Below, one piece after another: positions 30,591 through 40,852 of a stretch of DNA of 64,000 bases. Position 1 is the stretch's first letter. Each line of letters opens with the position of its first letter. Both the position numbers and the translations under genes were made by a program. The DNA comes from an uncultured Planctomycetota bacterium (GTDB lineage Bacteria > Planctomycetota > Planctomycetia > Pirellulales > Lacipirellulaceae). The stretch spans positions 288,001 through 352,000 of the forward strand of contig CAVRBU010000002.1 in NCBI GenBank assembly GCA_963719315.1. The letters are read 5' to 3'. The notes beneath the pieces were generated by a model that made no database searches, was not told where the DNA came from, and saw only the letters and a program-made list of their open reading frames with translations.

Positions 30591-32381
30591 ATGTGCCAAC
30601 GCTGTTGCTTAATGCTATTCGCCTTGTTTCTTGTCACCCGCGGTGGCATCGCCCGCGCCGACGTTGTTGTCCTTGCCAATCGCACGGGGCGCGCGTTGCC
30701 GTTGCGGTTCACGCCCGTTAGTGGGCAAGCCCAGCTACTAACTCTGCCCGTCGGCGAGAACATGCCGCTGTACCTCGACGGCAAGGCAAATGTTTCGTTT
30801 TCGTCGCCGGGTGGAACAAAGAATTACTTACTCGATGCCAACTGCGCCTATTTCTTCGGCCGCAGCAACGACGGCCGTATCGATATGCAGAAAATCGGGC
30901 TGGGCGAAGACGGCACGCTCACCGAGGGTCACACACTGCCCGGCACGGCCAGCCGGGCTCCGACAGCGCTCATCACGGTAAAGATTCTGGTCGATGAAGA
31001 AGAGCCTGGCCGACAAGTTGTGTGGGAACAGCGGTTGCGGCGGCGCGTAGAGGCCGCATCGGCTGTCTTCGAAAAGTATTTTCAGACCAAGTTTCAGGTC
31101 GTGGCCGTCGGCACTTGGAATTCGGACAACGCTACCAACGACTTCAATGCAGCGCTCTCAGAATTCGAACGGGAAGTGAACCCGGCGCCGGCTCGGCTGG
31201 CGATCGGTTTCACGAGTCAATGGAAAATGGAGCGCGGCCGCATGCATATGGCCGGAACGCGCGGGCCGCTGCACACACATATCTTAGCCCGCGAGGGGAA
31301 TCCAGCGCTCAGTGAAGCCGAACGTTTGGAATATCTCATCCATGAGCTGGGGCATTTTTTGGGTGCCGCCCACAGCCCCGAGCGCGGCAGCGTCATGCGA
31401 CCGGTGCTGGGCGACAACCAGGCGGGACGAACGAATTACCATATCCAATTCGATCCGGTCAACACCCTTGCGATGGCAATGATCAGCGACGAGATGCGTC
31501 GCCGCAAACTCACAAAACTGGGTGAATTGTCGGCCGAGACCCGAAAGCGGCTTGGGCAGATCTATATGGAGTTGGCGCGTTCGCTTCCCGACGATCCGGC
31601 AGCGCTCGCTTACGCCCAGATCGTGCGGTCTGAATCCGGGTCGCCGCTGGTTCTGGCGACCCGTCAAGTGCTGCAGCAAATCATCCGGGCTGCGATTGAC
31701 AACCGCACACTTCCGACGGCCAGTATCGGTTCTTCGTTGCAACAAACGCGGCGGCAAGGCGACATCCTTACCGAGTACCTGATCCGCGAGGCAGCCCGCG
31801 CAGCCCAATCGCAGCCCGAAAACGTTCGTTGTCAGGCGTTTCTGCTGGCCGTCGTTATCGGCCTCAACGACAGCGAACTTCTGGCCCAATTGCCCACGTC
31901 TTCCAACGTCATACGGGCGATTGAAGCGCCGAGCGAACGGACGATTCGGCTTGCCGTGCTAGGTGAACCGACGATGCGCGGCCGTCGCGATTTGGCGCGG
32001 CATTTTTTGACGTCCGCGTTCTTGGCCGCATCGACAACCGTTGAAGCCACCCAAGCGGCCGGATTGGCCAAAGAGTTCGCGGATGCCGAGGGCCCGAGCG
32101 GGTTTAGCTTCGCGGATATTGCCGCCGACCGGGCCGGGGCACGCTTCGCACGGGCTGTGCTCGAAAAACGCGTACCTCTGGGGATGTTGGCGCTCGCGTT
32201 CAAACTGCCGTCGTTTATGCCCGAGGTCACAGGGTTGCCCGAAAAACTTTCCCCCAAGGAAATGGCCGCGCAATTCGGCAACAAGGACGACCCGCGGTTC
32301 GGCAAGCTGCTCAAAGAGATCGATGAGCGGATCTCACAGTTGCCGGGATATCGGCCGACGGGACCGACGCTGGCTCTCTAG
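30591..32381 (+). CDS. Secreted M12/reprolysin-like zinc metallopeptidase with C-terminal helical domain
   Basis: HELGHFLGAAH with SVM Met-turn; C-terminal RHF..SA...GFSFADIAADRAG. Confidence 0.78.
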   Translation: MCQRCCLMLFALFLVTRGGIARADVVVLANRTGRALPLRFTPVSGQAQLLTLPVGENMPLYLDGKANVSFSSPGGTKNYLLDANCAYFFGRSNDGRIDMQKIGLGEDGTLTEGHTLPGTASRAPTALITVKILVDEEEPGRQVVWEQRLRRRVEAASAVFEKYFQTKFQVVAVGTWNSDNATNDFNAALSEFEREVNPAPARLAIGFTSQWKMERGRMHMAGTRGPLHTHILAREGNPALSEAERLEYLIHELGHFLGAAHSPERGSVMRPVLGDNQAGRTNYHIQFDPVNTLAMAMISDEMRRRKLTKLGELSAETRKRLGQIYMELARSLPDDPAALAYAQIVRSESGSPLVLATRQVLQQIIRAAIDNRTLPTASIGSSLQQTRRQGDILTEYLIREAARAAQSQPENVRCQAFLLAVVIGLNDSELLAQLPTSSNVIRAIEAPSERTIRLAVLGEPTMRGRRDLARHFLTSAFLAASTTVEATQAAGLAKEFADAEGPSGFSFADIAADRAGARFARAVLEKRVPLGMLALAFKLPSFMPEVTGLPEKLSPKEMAAQFGNKDDPRFGKLLKEIDERISQLPGYRPTGPTLAL

Positions 32382-32425
32382 TCGCCGCAGCAACGGGTGG
32401 TCTCCTAATTTGCGACACGACAAGC

Positions 32426-32455
32426 TTGTAGCACGGACTGAAGTCCGTGCTACAA
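32426..32455. repeat. Perfect GTAG palindrome (REP-like)
   Basis: TTGTAGCACGGACT-GA-AGTCCGTGCTACAA; 14-bp perfect arms. Confidence 0.75.
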
Positions 32456-32582
32456 AGTTCCGGTCCAAACGGCGCCAAATTAGGACACCACGCAGCTTCG
32501 CGCGACCTCGACCATGCCGGTCTCACTCGTTAAAATGCGCCATTTCCGCTGTCGCATTTATTTTCGTCACCATTGCAATTGC

Positions 32583-33452
32583 ATGTTCACCATCACTCCG
32601 CAGCACGATTTTCTGGTCGGCATCGACTCGGACGGCTGCGTCTTCGATTCGATGGAACTGAAGCATAAGGAGTGCTTCGTACCGAACTTCATCAATCACT
32701 ACGGTCTGCAGGGCGTGAGCAAATATGCCCGTGAAGCCGCCGAGTTCGTCAATTTGTACTCCAAGAGTCGCGGCGCGAACCGCTTTCCGGCCCTGGCCGA
32801 GCAGCTCGATTGGTTGCGACGTCGGCCGGAAGTAAAGGCTCGCGGTGTGAAGGTCGCCCATCCGAAGGGGTTGATCGAATGGATGGCCCGCGAGTCGAGA
32901 CTCGGCAATCCCGCGCTCGAGAAAGCGGTTGCCGAAACGCATGATCCGGACTTAGCGCTGGCGTTGGCGTGGTCGCATGCCGTCAACAATTCGATCGCCG
33001 AAATGGTTCGCTGCGTGCCGCCATTCCCTTATGTACAGCCTTGCCTGGAACTATTTGCCGGTCGGGCCGACATGTTGGTCTGCTCACAGACGCCCAATGC
33101 CGCGCTTGAAGCTGAGTGGAAAGAGCACGACATCGCTCGCTTCGTCGTCGCGATTTGCGGACAAGAGTTCGGCAGCAAGAAGGAATCCTTGGCCAACGCC
33201 AAGCAATATCCACCCAACCACGCGCTCATGCTCGGCGACGCCCCCGGCGACTACAAGGCGGCCGTGGCCAACGACTGCCTGTTCTTCCCGATCAACCCCG
33301 GCGTGGAAGAGGCCAGTTGGAGGCGACTGCACGACGAAGGCATCCCACGCTTTTTCGAAGGCAGCTTCGCCGGCGCCTATCAGCAGGAACTGCTCGACGA
33401 GTTTGACACGTTCCTGCCGGAGCGGCCGCCATGGAAGGTGGAAGACTCGTAG
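32583..33452 (+). CDS. HAD-family hydrolase
   Basis: GIDSDGCVFDSM (DxD), CSQT, K, MLGDAPGD. Confidence 0.88.
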   Translation: MFTITPQHDFLVGIDSDGCVFDSMELKHKECFVPNFINHYGLQGVSKYAREAAEFVNLYSKSRGANRFPALAEQLDWLRRRPEVKARGVKVAHPKGLIEWMARESRLGNPALEKAVAETHDPDLALALAWSHAVNNSIAEMVRCVPPFPYVQPCLELFAGRADMLVCSQTPNAALEAEWKEHDIARFVVAICGQEFGSKKESLANAKQYPPNHALMLGDAPGDYKAAVANDCLFFPINPGVEEASWRRLHDEGIPRFFEGSFAGAYQQELLDEFDTFLPERPPWKVEDS

Positions 33453-33534
33453 ACACATCACAAACTGCCGATGTTGTGTCTCGCAGAATCGACACACCCT
33501 ACGAATATCAATCCTCAAATCGAACGAAACACTC

Positions 33535-34971
33535 ATGCCTCAACAATGTGACATCGGCCTCGTCGGCCTTGCCGTGATGGGCGAAAACTTGGCTCTGAAC
33601 ATCGAAAGCCGCGGCTATCGCATTGCCGTGTTTAATCGCACTACGAGCAAGGTAGACGAGCTAATGGCCGGCCGTGCCAAGGGCAAGAAGTTCGTCGGCT
33701 GCCACTCGCTGGAGGACATGGTTGCCAACCTCGCCAAGCCGCGCAAAGTGCTGATGATGGTCAAAGCTGGACCGGCGGTGGACGACCTTATCGATTCTTT
33801 GATCCCCACGTTAGACAAAGGCGACATCCTCATCGACGGCGGCAACACGTATTACGCCGACACGGAACGCCGCACGAAAAGCGTGGAGCAAAAGGGGCTG
33901 CTGTACATTGGTACTGGAGTGTCCGGTGGAGAGGAAGGCGCCCTCAAAGGCCCTAGCATGATGCCCGGCGGCAGCCGCGACGCCTGGCCCGCCGTGAAGC
34001 CGATCTTTCAAGCCATCTCGGCCAAGGTCGGCCCGAAGAACGACATACCATGCTGTGAGTGGGTGGGCCCTCGCGGCGCCGGCCACTACGTGAAAATGGT
34101 CCACAATGGCATCGAGTACGGCGACATGCAGCTCATCTGCGAGGCGTACTTCATGATGCAGGAGGCGTTGGGGCTGTCCAAGGAAGAGCTCTACGAAGTG
34201 TTCGCCGATTGGAATCGCGGCGAGCTCGATAGCTACCTCATCGAAATCACGCGCGACATTTTCAGCGTGAAGGACAAAGAGGCCGGCGGATGGCTGGTGG
34301 ATAAGATCATGGACAAGGCCGGCGCCAAAGGCACCGGTAAATGGATGAGCCAACTCGCGCTCGACCACGGCGTGCCCAGCACACTCGTTACGGAAGCCGT
34401 CTATGCACGTTGCCTCTCGGCCATGAAGGATGGCCGCGTGCGGGCGAGCAAGGTGCTAAAAGGGCCATCGGCCAAGTACCAAGGCGATCGCAAGGGGTTT
34501 ATCGAAAAGATTCGCCACGCCCTCTACGCGTCCAAGATTTGCAGTTACGCGCAAGGCTTCGTGCAATTGCAGGCCGCGGCGACCGAGTACGAATGGCCGC
34601 TGAATTACGGCGATTGCGCACTCTTATGGCGTGGGGGTTGCATCATTCGGGCGAAGTTTCTGGATCGCATCAAAGAGGCTTTCGATGCCGACCCAAAGCT
34701 CGAGAATTTGCTGCTCGCCCCCTACTTTGCCAAAGCCGTGGCCGAAGCCCAAGAATCCTGGCGGCACGTCGTGGCTAGCGCCGCCGAGCTTGGCGTCCCT
34801 GTGCCGGCGTTCGCCTCAGCACTCGCCTATTACGATGGCTACCGCCGCGACCGATTGCCGGCTAACCTACTCCAAGCCCAGCGAGATTATTTCGGCGCCC
34901 ACACGTATGAACGCGTTGATAAGACTGGGACATTCCACACCGACTGGATTCGCGAACGAGAATTGAAGTAG
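33535..34971 (+). CDS. gnd: 6-phosphogluconate dehydrogenase, decarboxylating
   Basis: GLAVMG, VSGGEEGA, GAGHYVKMVHNGIEYGDMQ, KGTGKW, QAQRDYFGAHTY. Confidence 0.97.
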   Translation: MPQQCDIGLVGLAVMGENLALNIESRGYRIAVFNRTTSKVDELMAGRAKGKKFVGCHSLEDMVANLAKPRKVLMMVKAGPAVDDLIDSLIPTLDKGDILIDGGNTYYADTERRTKSVEQKGLLYIGTGVSGGEEGALKGPSMMPGGSRDAWPAVKPIFQAISAKVGPKNDIPCCEWVGPRGAGHYVKMVHNGIEYGDMQLICEAYFMMQEALGLSKEELYEVFADWNRGELDSYLIEITRDIFSVKDKEAGGWLVDKIMDKAGAKGTGKWMSQLALDHGVPSTLVTEAVYARCLSAMKDGRVRASKVLKGPSAKYQGDRKGFIEKIRHALYASKICSYAQGFVQLQAAATEYEWPLNYGDCALLWRGGCIIRAKFLDRIKEAFDADPKLENLLLAPYFAKAVAEAQESWRHVVASAAELGVPVPAFASALAYYDGYRRDRLPANLLQAQRDYFGAHTYERVDKTGTFHTDWIRERELK

Positions 34972-35026
34972 AGGGGCGCCGTCCCCATTTCGCTCGGTTT
35001 ACAGTGGTGGGCGGCGCCCACCCTAC
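34968..35026. repeat. GTAG...CTAC inverted repeat (REP-like)
   Basis: GTAGAGGGGCGCCGTCCCCA ... TGGGCGGCGCCCACCCTAC. Confidence 0.55.
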
Positions 35027-35031
35027 AAATC

Positions 35032-35811
35032 ATGTCTGACCACTTGCAAAAAATGTTTGGTTTGGATGGCCACACAGTCGTGGTCATCGGCGGCACCGGC
35101 GCGTTGGGTGGCGAGCTTTGTAGCGGATTGGCACAAGCCGGCGCCACGGTCGTCGTCGCTGGCCGTAGTACCGAGCGCGGCCAAGAGCGCGTGGCGAAAA
35201 TCGAAAGTCTGGGCGGCAAGGCCACGTTTGCAAAGGTTGACGCCGCCAGCCGGGAGTCGATGAAAGCATTGCTCGAGACCGTCAGCGGCCAACACGGACG
35301 AATCGCCGCGCTTGTCAATTGCGCAGGCGTCAACTCACCGACGCCCTACTTCGAGATCACCGACGAAGAGTTCGACAAGGTGCTCAAAACGAATTTGTTC
35401 GCCACGCACCTCGGCTGCCAAATCTTTGGTAAGCACATGGTTGAGGCGGGTAGTGGAGCGATCCTGAACATCGGCAGTGTCACGAGCTATCGTCCGCTTT
35501 CGCGTGTGTTCGCATACTCCGCGTCGAAAGCCGCCGTGCTGAATTTGACGCAAAACGTCGCCCGCGAATTTGCTCCGTATGGCGTACGCGTCAACTGCCT
35601 CTGCCCCGGCTTTTTCCCCGCCGAACAGAACCGTAAGATCCTCGATAAGTCGCGGGTCGATTCGATCCTTCGTCACACACCGATGGGCCGCCTCGGCGAC
35701 GCACCTGAATTGATCGGTGCGGCGCTGTTGCTGCTTTCGCCCGTCGCTGGCAGTTTCATCACGGGAGAAGCGATTTACGTTGACGGCGGATTCACGGCCA
35801 TGACTATCTAG
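35032..35811 (+). CDS. SDR sugar-acid oxidoreductase (mannonate/gluconate dehydrogenase-like)
   Basis: GGTGALG, NCAG, PLSRVFAYSASK, PGFFPAEQNR, HTPMGRLG, VDGGF. Confidence 0.85.
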   Translation: MSDHLQKMFGLDGHTVVVIGGTGALGGELCSGLAQAGATVVVAGRSTERGQERVAKIESLGGKATFAKVDAASRESMKALLETVSGQHGRIAALVNCAGVNSPTPYFEITDEEFDKVLKTNLFATHLGCQIFGKHMVEAGSGAILNIGSVTSYRPLSRVFAYSASKAAVLNLTQNVAREFAPYGVRVNCLCPGFFPAEQNRKILDKSRVDSILRHTPMGRLGDAPELIGAALLLLSPVAGSFITGEAIYVDGGFTAMTI

Positions 35812-35970
35812 CGAAAGGCGGAAGGGGGAGTGTAGAAGGGGAAATGCCGATGAACACAATGCTCAAAATGTCCGCGCAACAAACGCCGTATTCCGTGAAT
35901 TGGCTTAGCGAGTAGGATTTATCCTTCCCTTCCCCTTCCACACTCCGCATTCCGCCTTCCGCCTTCAATC

Positions 35971-37425
35971 ATGCCTCATACGTTTGTCATCCTCGGCGCG
36001 TCCGGCGACTTAACGCACCGCAAGCTCGTGCCGGCGCTGTATCATTTGTTTCGCAAAGGTCGGCTACCGAAGGAAACTCGGATTGTCGGCTTCTCGCGTA
36101 CCGAATTCACGCACGATGCCTGGCGTAGCGATCTGGCGAAGGCGGTAGCCCGTTTTGTGGGAAGCGATTTCGATCCCGGTTTGTGGGACAAGTTTTCACA
36201 AAACATCTACTACCACCCGGGCGACATCGGCCGTGTCGAGGATTTCACAACCCTTGCCAAACTCCTACGGGAAATCGAACAGGCCGCGAATAGCACGCGA
36301 GTTTACTATCTTGCAACGGCGCCTCAATTTTATGAACAGGCGGTTGAGCAGCTTGGTCGCGCGGGCCTCGCGGATGAGAACGGCGGCCAGCGCCGCGTGA
36401 TTATCGAAAAGCCGTTCGGCACCGACCTCGCTTCGGCGAAGCATCTCAACGCGGCAGTCCACGCGGTGTTCAATGAGCGGCAGGTGTACCGCATCGACCA
36501 TTATCTGGGCAAAGAAACGGTCCAAAACTTGCTCGTGTTGCGATTCGCCAACACGATCTTCGAGCCCATTTGGAACCGTAACTATATCGATCACGTCCAG
36601 ATCACCGTCGCGGAAGAAGTCGACGTCGGGCGGCGGGCCGGATACTACGATTCCGCTGGAGTCGTTCGCGACATGTTCCAAAACCACTTGTTGCAGCTTG
36701 TGATGATCACGGCGATGGAAGCGCCGGTGCGATATGAGGCCGATGCCGTTCGCAATGAAAAGGTAAAGGTGCTACAAGCCATTCGACCTCTGCGGAGCGC
36801 CGATGTGCATCGCGACACGCTCCGAGGCCAATATCGCGGCTACGCGGCGTCCGAGGGCGTGAAACCCGGTAGCCATACCGCGACATTTGCCGCGATCAAA
36901 CTGTGGATCGATAATTGGCGTTGGCAAGGCGTACCGTTTTACTTGCGCAGCGGCAAGGCAATGTCCTGCCGCACGACGCAAATCGTGGTCCAGTTCCACG
37001 AGCCGCCCCACATGCTGTTTCCAGACGGCCCGAAGAGCGCCGCCGAATCCAACCGTCTCGTAGTCCAAGTGCAGCCGGCCGAGGGGATGCAGCTTCAATT
37101 CGAAACCAAAGTTCCAGATGCCGGCATGCGGCTCCGGCAGACGGCGCTCGACTTCCGCTACCAGCGTGAATTCCGCGGCATGATACCCGAGGCGTATGAG
37201 CGCCTCCTGCTCGACGCCCTCGAAGGCGACGCCAGTCTGTTTGCCCGCGCCGATGAAGTGGAGGCCGCCTGGTCGATTTGTGATCCCATTCTGGAAGAAT
37301 GGCAAGTTAGCGACGAGCCGACGCTCCACATCTATGAGCCGGCCCTGTGGGGCCCCGAAGAATCCACCGAGTGGATGGCCGAACAAGGCCGCCAATGGTT
37401 TGATATTTGCCCGGTATTGCATTGA
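35971..37425 (+). CDS. zwf: Glucose-6-phosphate 1-dehydrogenase
   Basis: GASGDL, IEKPFG, YRIDHYLGKE, RDMFQNH, RWQGVPFYLRSGK, EAYERLL. Confidence 0.97.
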   Translation: MPHTFVILGASGDLTHRKLVPALYHLFRKGRLPKETRIVGFSRTEFTHDAWRSDLAKAVARFVGSDFDPGLWDKFSQNIYYHPGDIGRVEDFTTLAKLLREIEQAANSTRVYYLATAPQFYEQAVEQLGRAGLADENGGQRRVIIEKPFGTDLASAKHLNAAVHAVFNERQVYRIDHYLGKETVQNLLVLRFANTIFEPIWNRNYIDHVQITVAEEVDVGRRAGYYDSAGVVRDMFQNHLLQLVMITAMEAPVRYEADAVRNEKVKVLQAIRPLRSADVHRDTLRGQYRGYAASEGVKPGSHTATFAAIKLWIDNWRWQGVPFYLRSGKAMSCRTTQIVVQFHEPPHMLFPDGPKSAAESNRLVVQVQPAEGMQLQFETKVPDAGMRLRQTALDFRYQREFRGMIPEAYERLLLDALEGDASLFARADEVEAAWSICDPILEEWQVSDEPTLHIYEPALWGPEESTEWMAEQGRQWFDICPVLH

Positions 37426-37466
37426 GTCGAGAGTCGAGAGCCGGTATATTCGCGCGGCGCTAAAAA

Positions 37467-38180
37467 ATGAACCCGCCAGACAGACAAGTAAATCGCTCAC
37501 GCGGTTTTTCTGTCCTTGAAAAGTTTTGGTTGGCTCGTTGGGCCCTCTACGATCTTGCGATATTCGGCATTCCACTCGTCGCAGCCATCGTGGTATTGCT
37601 CATCGCCGGTCAGCCCTGGTGCTGGTTAGCCATCGTGCCGCTGGTATTTCTCATTTGGCTCATAAGCTTCTTTCGCAATCCGCCGCGGAACATTCCGAAC
37701 GACCCACAAGCGATTGTCTCACCGGCCGACGGTAAAGTCGTGGACATCACCCCGCTGCCCCATTATGAATTCATGGGTGGCCCGGCGGTTCGCATCGGCA
37801 TCTTTCTGTCAATTTTCAATGTCCACATCAACCGTGCTCCAACCGCCGGTCGTGTTCTTGAAATGAACTACCATCCAGGCGAATTTCTCGACGCGCACCA
37901 TCCCGAATGTGCCGAGCGTAACGAATTCATGTGGATCGGCCTGGAACGAGTAGATGCACCGGTGATTCGCTTTGCCGTGCGGCAAATTTCGGGCAAGTTA
38001 GCCCGCCGAATCGTCTGTACGCTACAGTTGGGACAGGCGGTCACACGTGGTGAAAAGTTTGGTATGATCAAACTAGGGTCGCGGACCGAATTGATCCTGC
38101 CGGTCGGCGCGGCCGATATTGCCGTAAACGTGGGAGACAAAGTCCACGCCGGCGCCGACATCGTGGCCCGCTGGAAGTAA
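37467..38180 (+). CDS. psd: Phosphatidylserine decarboxylase proenzyme
   Basis: FFRNP, SPADGKV, IFLSIFNVHINRAP, ERNE, FGMIKLGSR self-cleavage site. True start may be slightly downstream. Confidence 0.92.
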   Translation: MNPPDRQVNRSRGFSVLEKFWLARWALYDLAIFGIPLVAAIVVLLIAGQPWCWLAIVPLVFLIWLISFFRNPPRNIPNDPQAIVSPADGKVVDITPLPHYEFMGGPAVRIGIFLSIFNVHINRAPTAGRVLEMNYHPGEFLDAHHPECAERNEFMWIGLERVDAPVIRFAVRQISGKLARRIVCTLQLGQAVTRGEKFGMIKLGSRTELILPVGAADIAVNVGDKVHAGADIVARWK

Positions 38181-38193
38181 GTCGAGTCAAGTC

Positions 38194-39090
38194 ATGAAAC
38201 CAATCCGCGCGGTCGCCGTTTTGCCGACGCTGTTCACGCTGGGCAACCTTGTGTGCGGCTTCTTTGCGATCGTTGTTCTGGCCCGCATCGAGAAGCCCGT
38301 GACCGCGAAATTCGAGCCGGCTGCCAAAATAGAGCTTAAGCTGCATTCGGCACAAGATATCAAGGAATCGGCGCGAGAACTCATCGATAGCGACGACCCC
38401 ACGCACAACCTGATGCTGTGTGGGGCGCTGATTCTGCTCGCCATGTTGTTCGATGCCATTGACGGCCAAGTGGCCCGCATTACTCGTGGCGTAAGTGATT
38501 TTGGCGCGCAGCTCGATAGCTTGTGCGACCTGGTTTCCTTCGGCCTGGCGCCGGCGATTCTGCTCGTGAAAATGTGTCCGCAGTTCACCAATTTGCACAA
38601 CGAAGGAATATGGTGCATCGCAGCCGTGTTCGCTTGTTGTGCCGCACTTCGGCTGGCACGGTTCAATGTTGAAACCGACTCGGACGACGAACACACGATG
38701 TTCGCGGGTCTGCCAACGCCAGCGGCAGCCGCCACGATCGCTAGCTTCGCCATGCTTTCGTACTTTCTCCGCAATGAAGTAGCCGTGGTGACTCACGAGA
38801 ACTTCGAAACCTACGATTGGTGGATGCAGCGGATCGTGCCGTTTTTTGCGATCGCCATCGCTGTACTAATGGTATCGCGGATTCCCTACCCACATCCACT
38901 TACGCAATTCGTGCGCGGTCAGCGGTCATTTGCTCAGCTCGTGGCCATTGTTTTTGCATTAGTGGCAATTCTCATCGTTCGGAATTATGCGATTCCGCTA
39001 CTATGCGTGCTGTTCGTGTTGACGCCGCCGGTTCGCTATGCCTGGGATCTGGTTTGGCATCGCCGGACTCGGCCTGAATCTTTGTTCTAA
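38194..39090 (+). CDS. pssA: CDP-diacylglycerol--serine O-phosphatidyltransferase
   Basis: PTLFTLGN, DAIDGQVAR...FGAQLDSLCDLVSFG, RLARFN, FAGLPTP; adjacent to psd. Confidence 0.9.
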   Translation: MKPIRAVAVLPTLFTLGNLVCGFFAIVVLARIEKPVTAKFEPAAKIELKLHSAQDIKESARELIDSDDPTHNLMLCGALILLAMLFDAIDGQVARITRGVSDFGAQLDSLCDLVSFGLAPAILLVKMCPQFTNLHNEGIWCIAAVFACCAALRLARFNVETDSDDEHTMFAGLPTPAAAATIASFAMLSYFLRNEVAVVTHENFETYDWWMQRIVPFFAIAIAVLMVSRIPYPHPLTQFVRGQRSFAQLVAIVFALVAILIVRNYAIPLLCVLFVLTPPVRYAWDLVWHRRTRPESLF

Positions 39091-39155
39091 GTAGGTCGGG
39101 CATTAGCCCCCATGTTCCCGAGCGTATGTCAGGCTAAAGCCTCACGTACAAGACT

Positions 39156-39758
39156 ATGTTTACCGGTCTCGTCCAAAGCCTGGCGGAAGTCGTTGAAGTC
39201 CATGCCGAGTTGCCCGGCGTTCGGCTCATCATTCGCGAACCGCACATTGCTGAACTATCTAAGACGGGAGACAGTATCGCGATCAATGGCTGTTGCCTGA
39301 CCGTGGTCGCCGTCGAAAACGACCACCTATCCTTTCAAGCCGGCGAAGAAACGCTTTCGCGGACAAATCTCGGCGAATTGGCCCGGGGTTCTTGGGTGAA
39401 CCTCGAACAATCGTTGAAAGCCGGCGACCCGATCGGGGGTCATTATGTGTCTGGCCACATTGACGCCGTCGGCACCGTCGACGCGCGGCAAGACGATGCC
39501 GACTGGTGCACGATGTGGTTCCGCGCACCGCCTGCCCAACTCGCACAGACGGCGAGCAAAGGATCCGTCGCGGTGGACGGCGTGAGCTTGACGCTTGTCA
39601 ATGTCGATAATGAACGCTTCAGCGTCGCCCTGATTCCACACACGCTCGCAGCCACCACACTCGGCCGCCGCAATGTGGGCGATCGTGTGAATATTGAGAC
39701 AGATGTGTTGGCCAAGTACGTCGAGCGACAACTTCGTACCTCCGGCTTTCAAGCCTGA
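39156..39758 (+). CDS. ribE: Riboflavin synthase
   Basis: MFTGLV, GDSIAINGCCLTV, GGHYVSGHID, KGSVAVDGVSLT, VNIETD. Confidence 0.95.
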   Translation: MFTGLVQSLAEVVEVHAELPGVRLIIREPHIAELSKTGDSIAINGCCLTVVAVENDHLSFQAGEETLSRTNLGELARGSWVNLEQSLKAGDPIGGHYVSGHIDAVGTVDARQDDADWCTMWFRAPPAQLAQTASKGSVAVDGVSLTLVNVDNERFSVALIPHTLAATTLGRRNVGDRVNIETDVLAKYVERQLRTSGFQA

Positions 39759-39795
39759 CTTCCTAGTTTGTCAGCCTGGAAAAGCTGGCGTACAA

Positions 39796-40701
39796 ATGCC
39801 CCGCCAAACCAAAACATTCTTGCTCGAGCGCTTCCGTGAGATGGGCATCCGCCCCGCGACGCGGCATGGTCAGAATTTCCTTATCGACCTCAACCTGGTG
39901 CAACTCATCATTGATTCGGCGGACCTGACGAGCGACGACGTGGTCCTCGAAATCGGCACCGGTACCGGGTCGCTCACGACCATGATGGCGGAGCGGGTGG
40001 CCGCGGTCGTCACCGTGGAAATCGACTCGCATCTGTTCGAGCTGGCCAGCGAGCAGCTTATTGATATTTCCAATGTCACCATGCTGCGACTCGACGCGCT
40101 GCGCAACAAAAACAACATGGATGACCGCGTCATGGAGGCGGTGGGTGAGCATTTGGCCACGGCTCCGAGCCGACGCTTTAAGCTCGTCGCCAACCTGCCG
40201 TACAATATCGCTACGCCAATACTGTCGAATCTGCTACTGGCGCGGCACGTACCACACTCGATGACGGTCACGATCCAGAAAGAGTTGGCCGAACGTATCA
40301 CAGCGCAGCCCTCCACGAAAGACTATAGCGCTCTCAGCGTGTGGATTCAAAGCCAATGCTCGACGGAAGTCATCCGGCTTATGCCGCCCTCCGTATTTTG
40401 GCCGGAGCCCAAAGTGACCTCGGCCATTCTGCGGATTGTCGTTGATTCGGAACGCCGGGCTCGAATCAGCGATCTGCAATACTTCCATCAGATCACCAAG
40501 GCCCTCTTCCTGCATCGCCGAAAATACCTGCGGGCGAACGTAGTGGCCGCCATGAAGCAGCATCTCGATAAGGAGCAAGTCGACGCGCTGTTCAAAGACT
40601 TTGGTTTCGCCGCCGATACACGCACGGAGCAGCTCGACGTATCTACTCTCATCGCGCTTGCAGACCAAATTCGCACTGTTGCGCCGAATTGGAAGCTTTA
40701 G
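39796..40701 (+). CDS. rsmA: 16S rRNA adenine dimethyltransferase
   Basis: GQNFLID, LEIGTGTGSLT, VEID, VANLPYNI, QKE.AER, F.P.PKVTSA. Confidence 0.95.
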   Translation: MPRQTKTFLLERFREMGIRPATRHGQNFLIDLNLVQLIIDSADLTSDDVVLEIGTGTGSLTTMMAERVAAVVTVEIDSHLFELASEQLIDISNVTMLRLDALRNKNNMDDRVMEAVGEHLATAPSRRFKLVANLPYNIATPILSNLLLARHVPHSMTVTIQKELAERITAQPSTKDYSALSVWIQSQCSTEVIRLMPPSVFWPEPKVTSAILRIVVDSERRARISDLQYFHQITKALFLHRRKYLRANVVAAMKQHLDKEQVDALFKDFGFAADTRTEQLDVSTLIALADQIRTVAPNWKL

Positions 40702-40852
40702 TGCTGGTATAACCCACGGCTTCACAGCATTAGTCGCGGTGGATACGCCCGCCCTACGCTGCTTCCATCCTGCTGACACCCTTGCGGAGCTGTGTTAGAA
40801 TGACGGCCGATGAGCGAATTGCAATTATGCTGCCCATCTGGGATTCTACGAC

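Noticed and set aside
32977..33534. Apparent N-terminal extension making Gnd 664 aa
   Set aside because: It overlaps the HAD gene in another frame; Gnd homology starts at the ATG at 33535.
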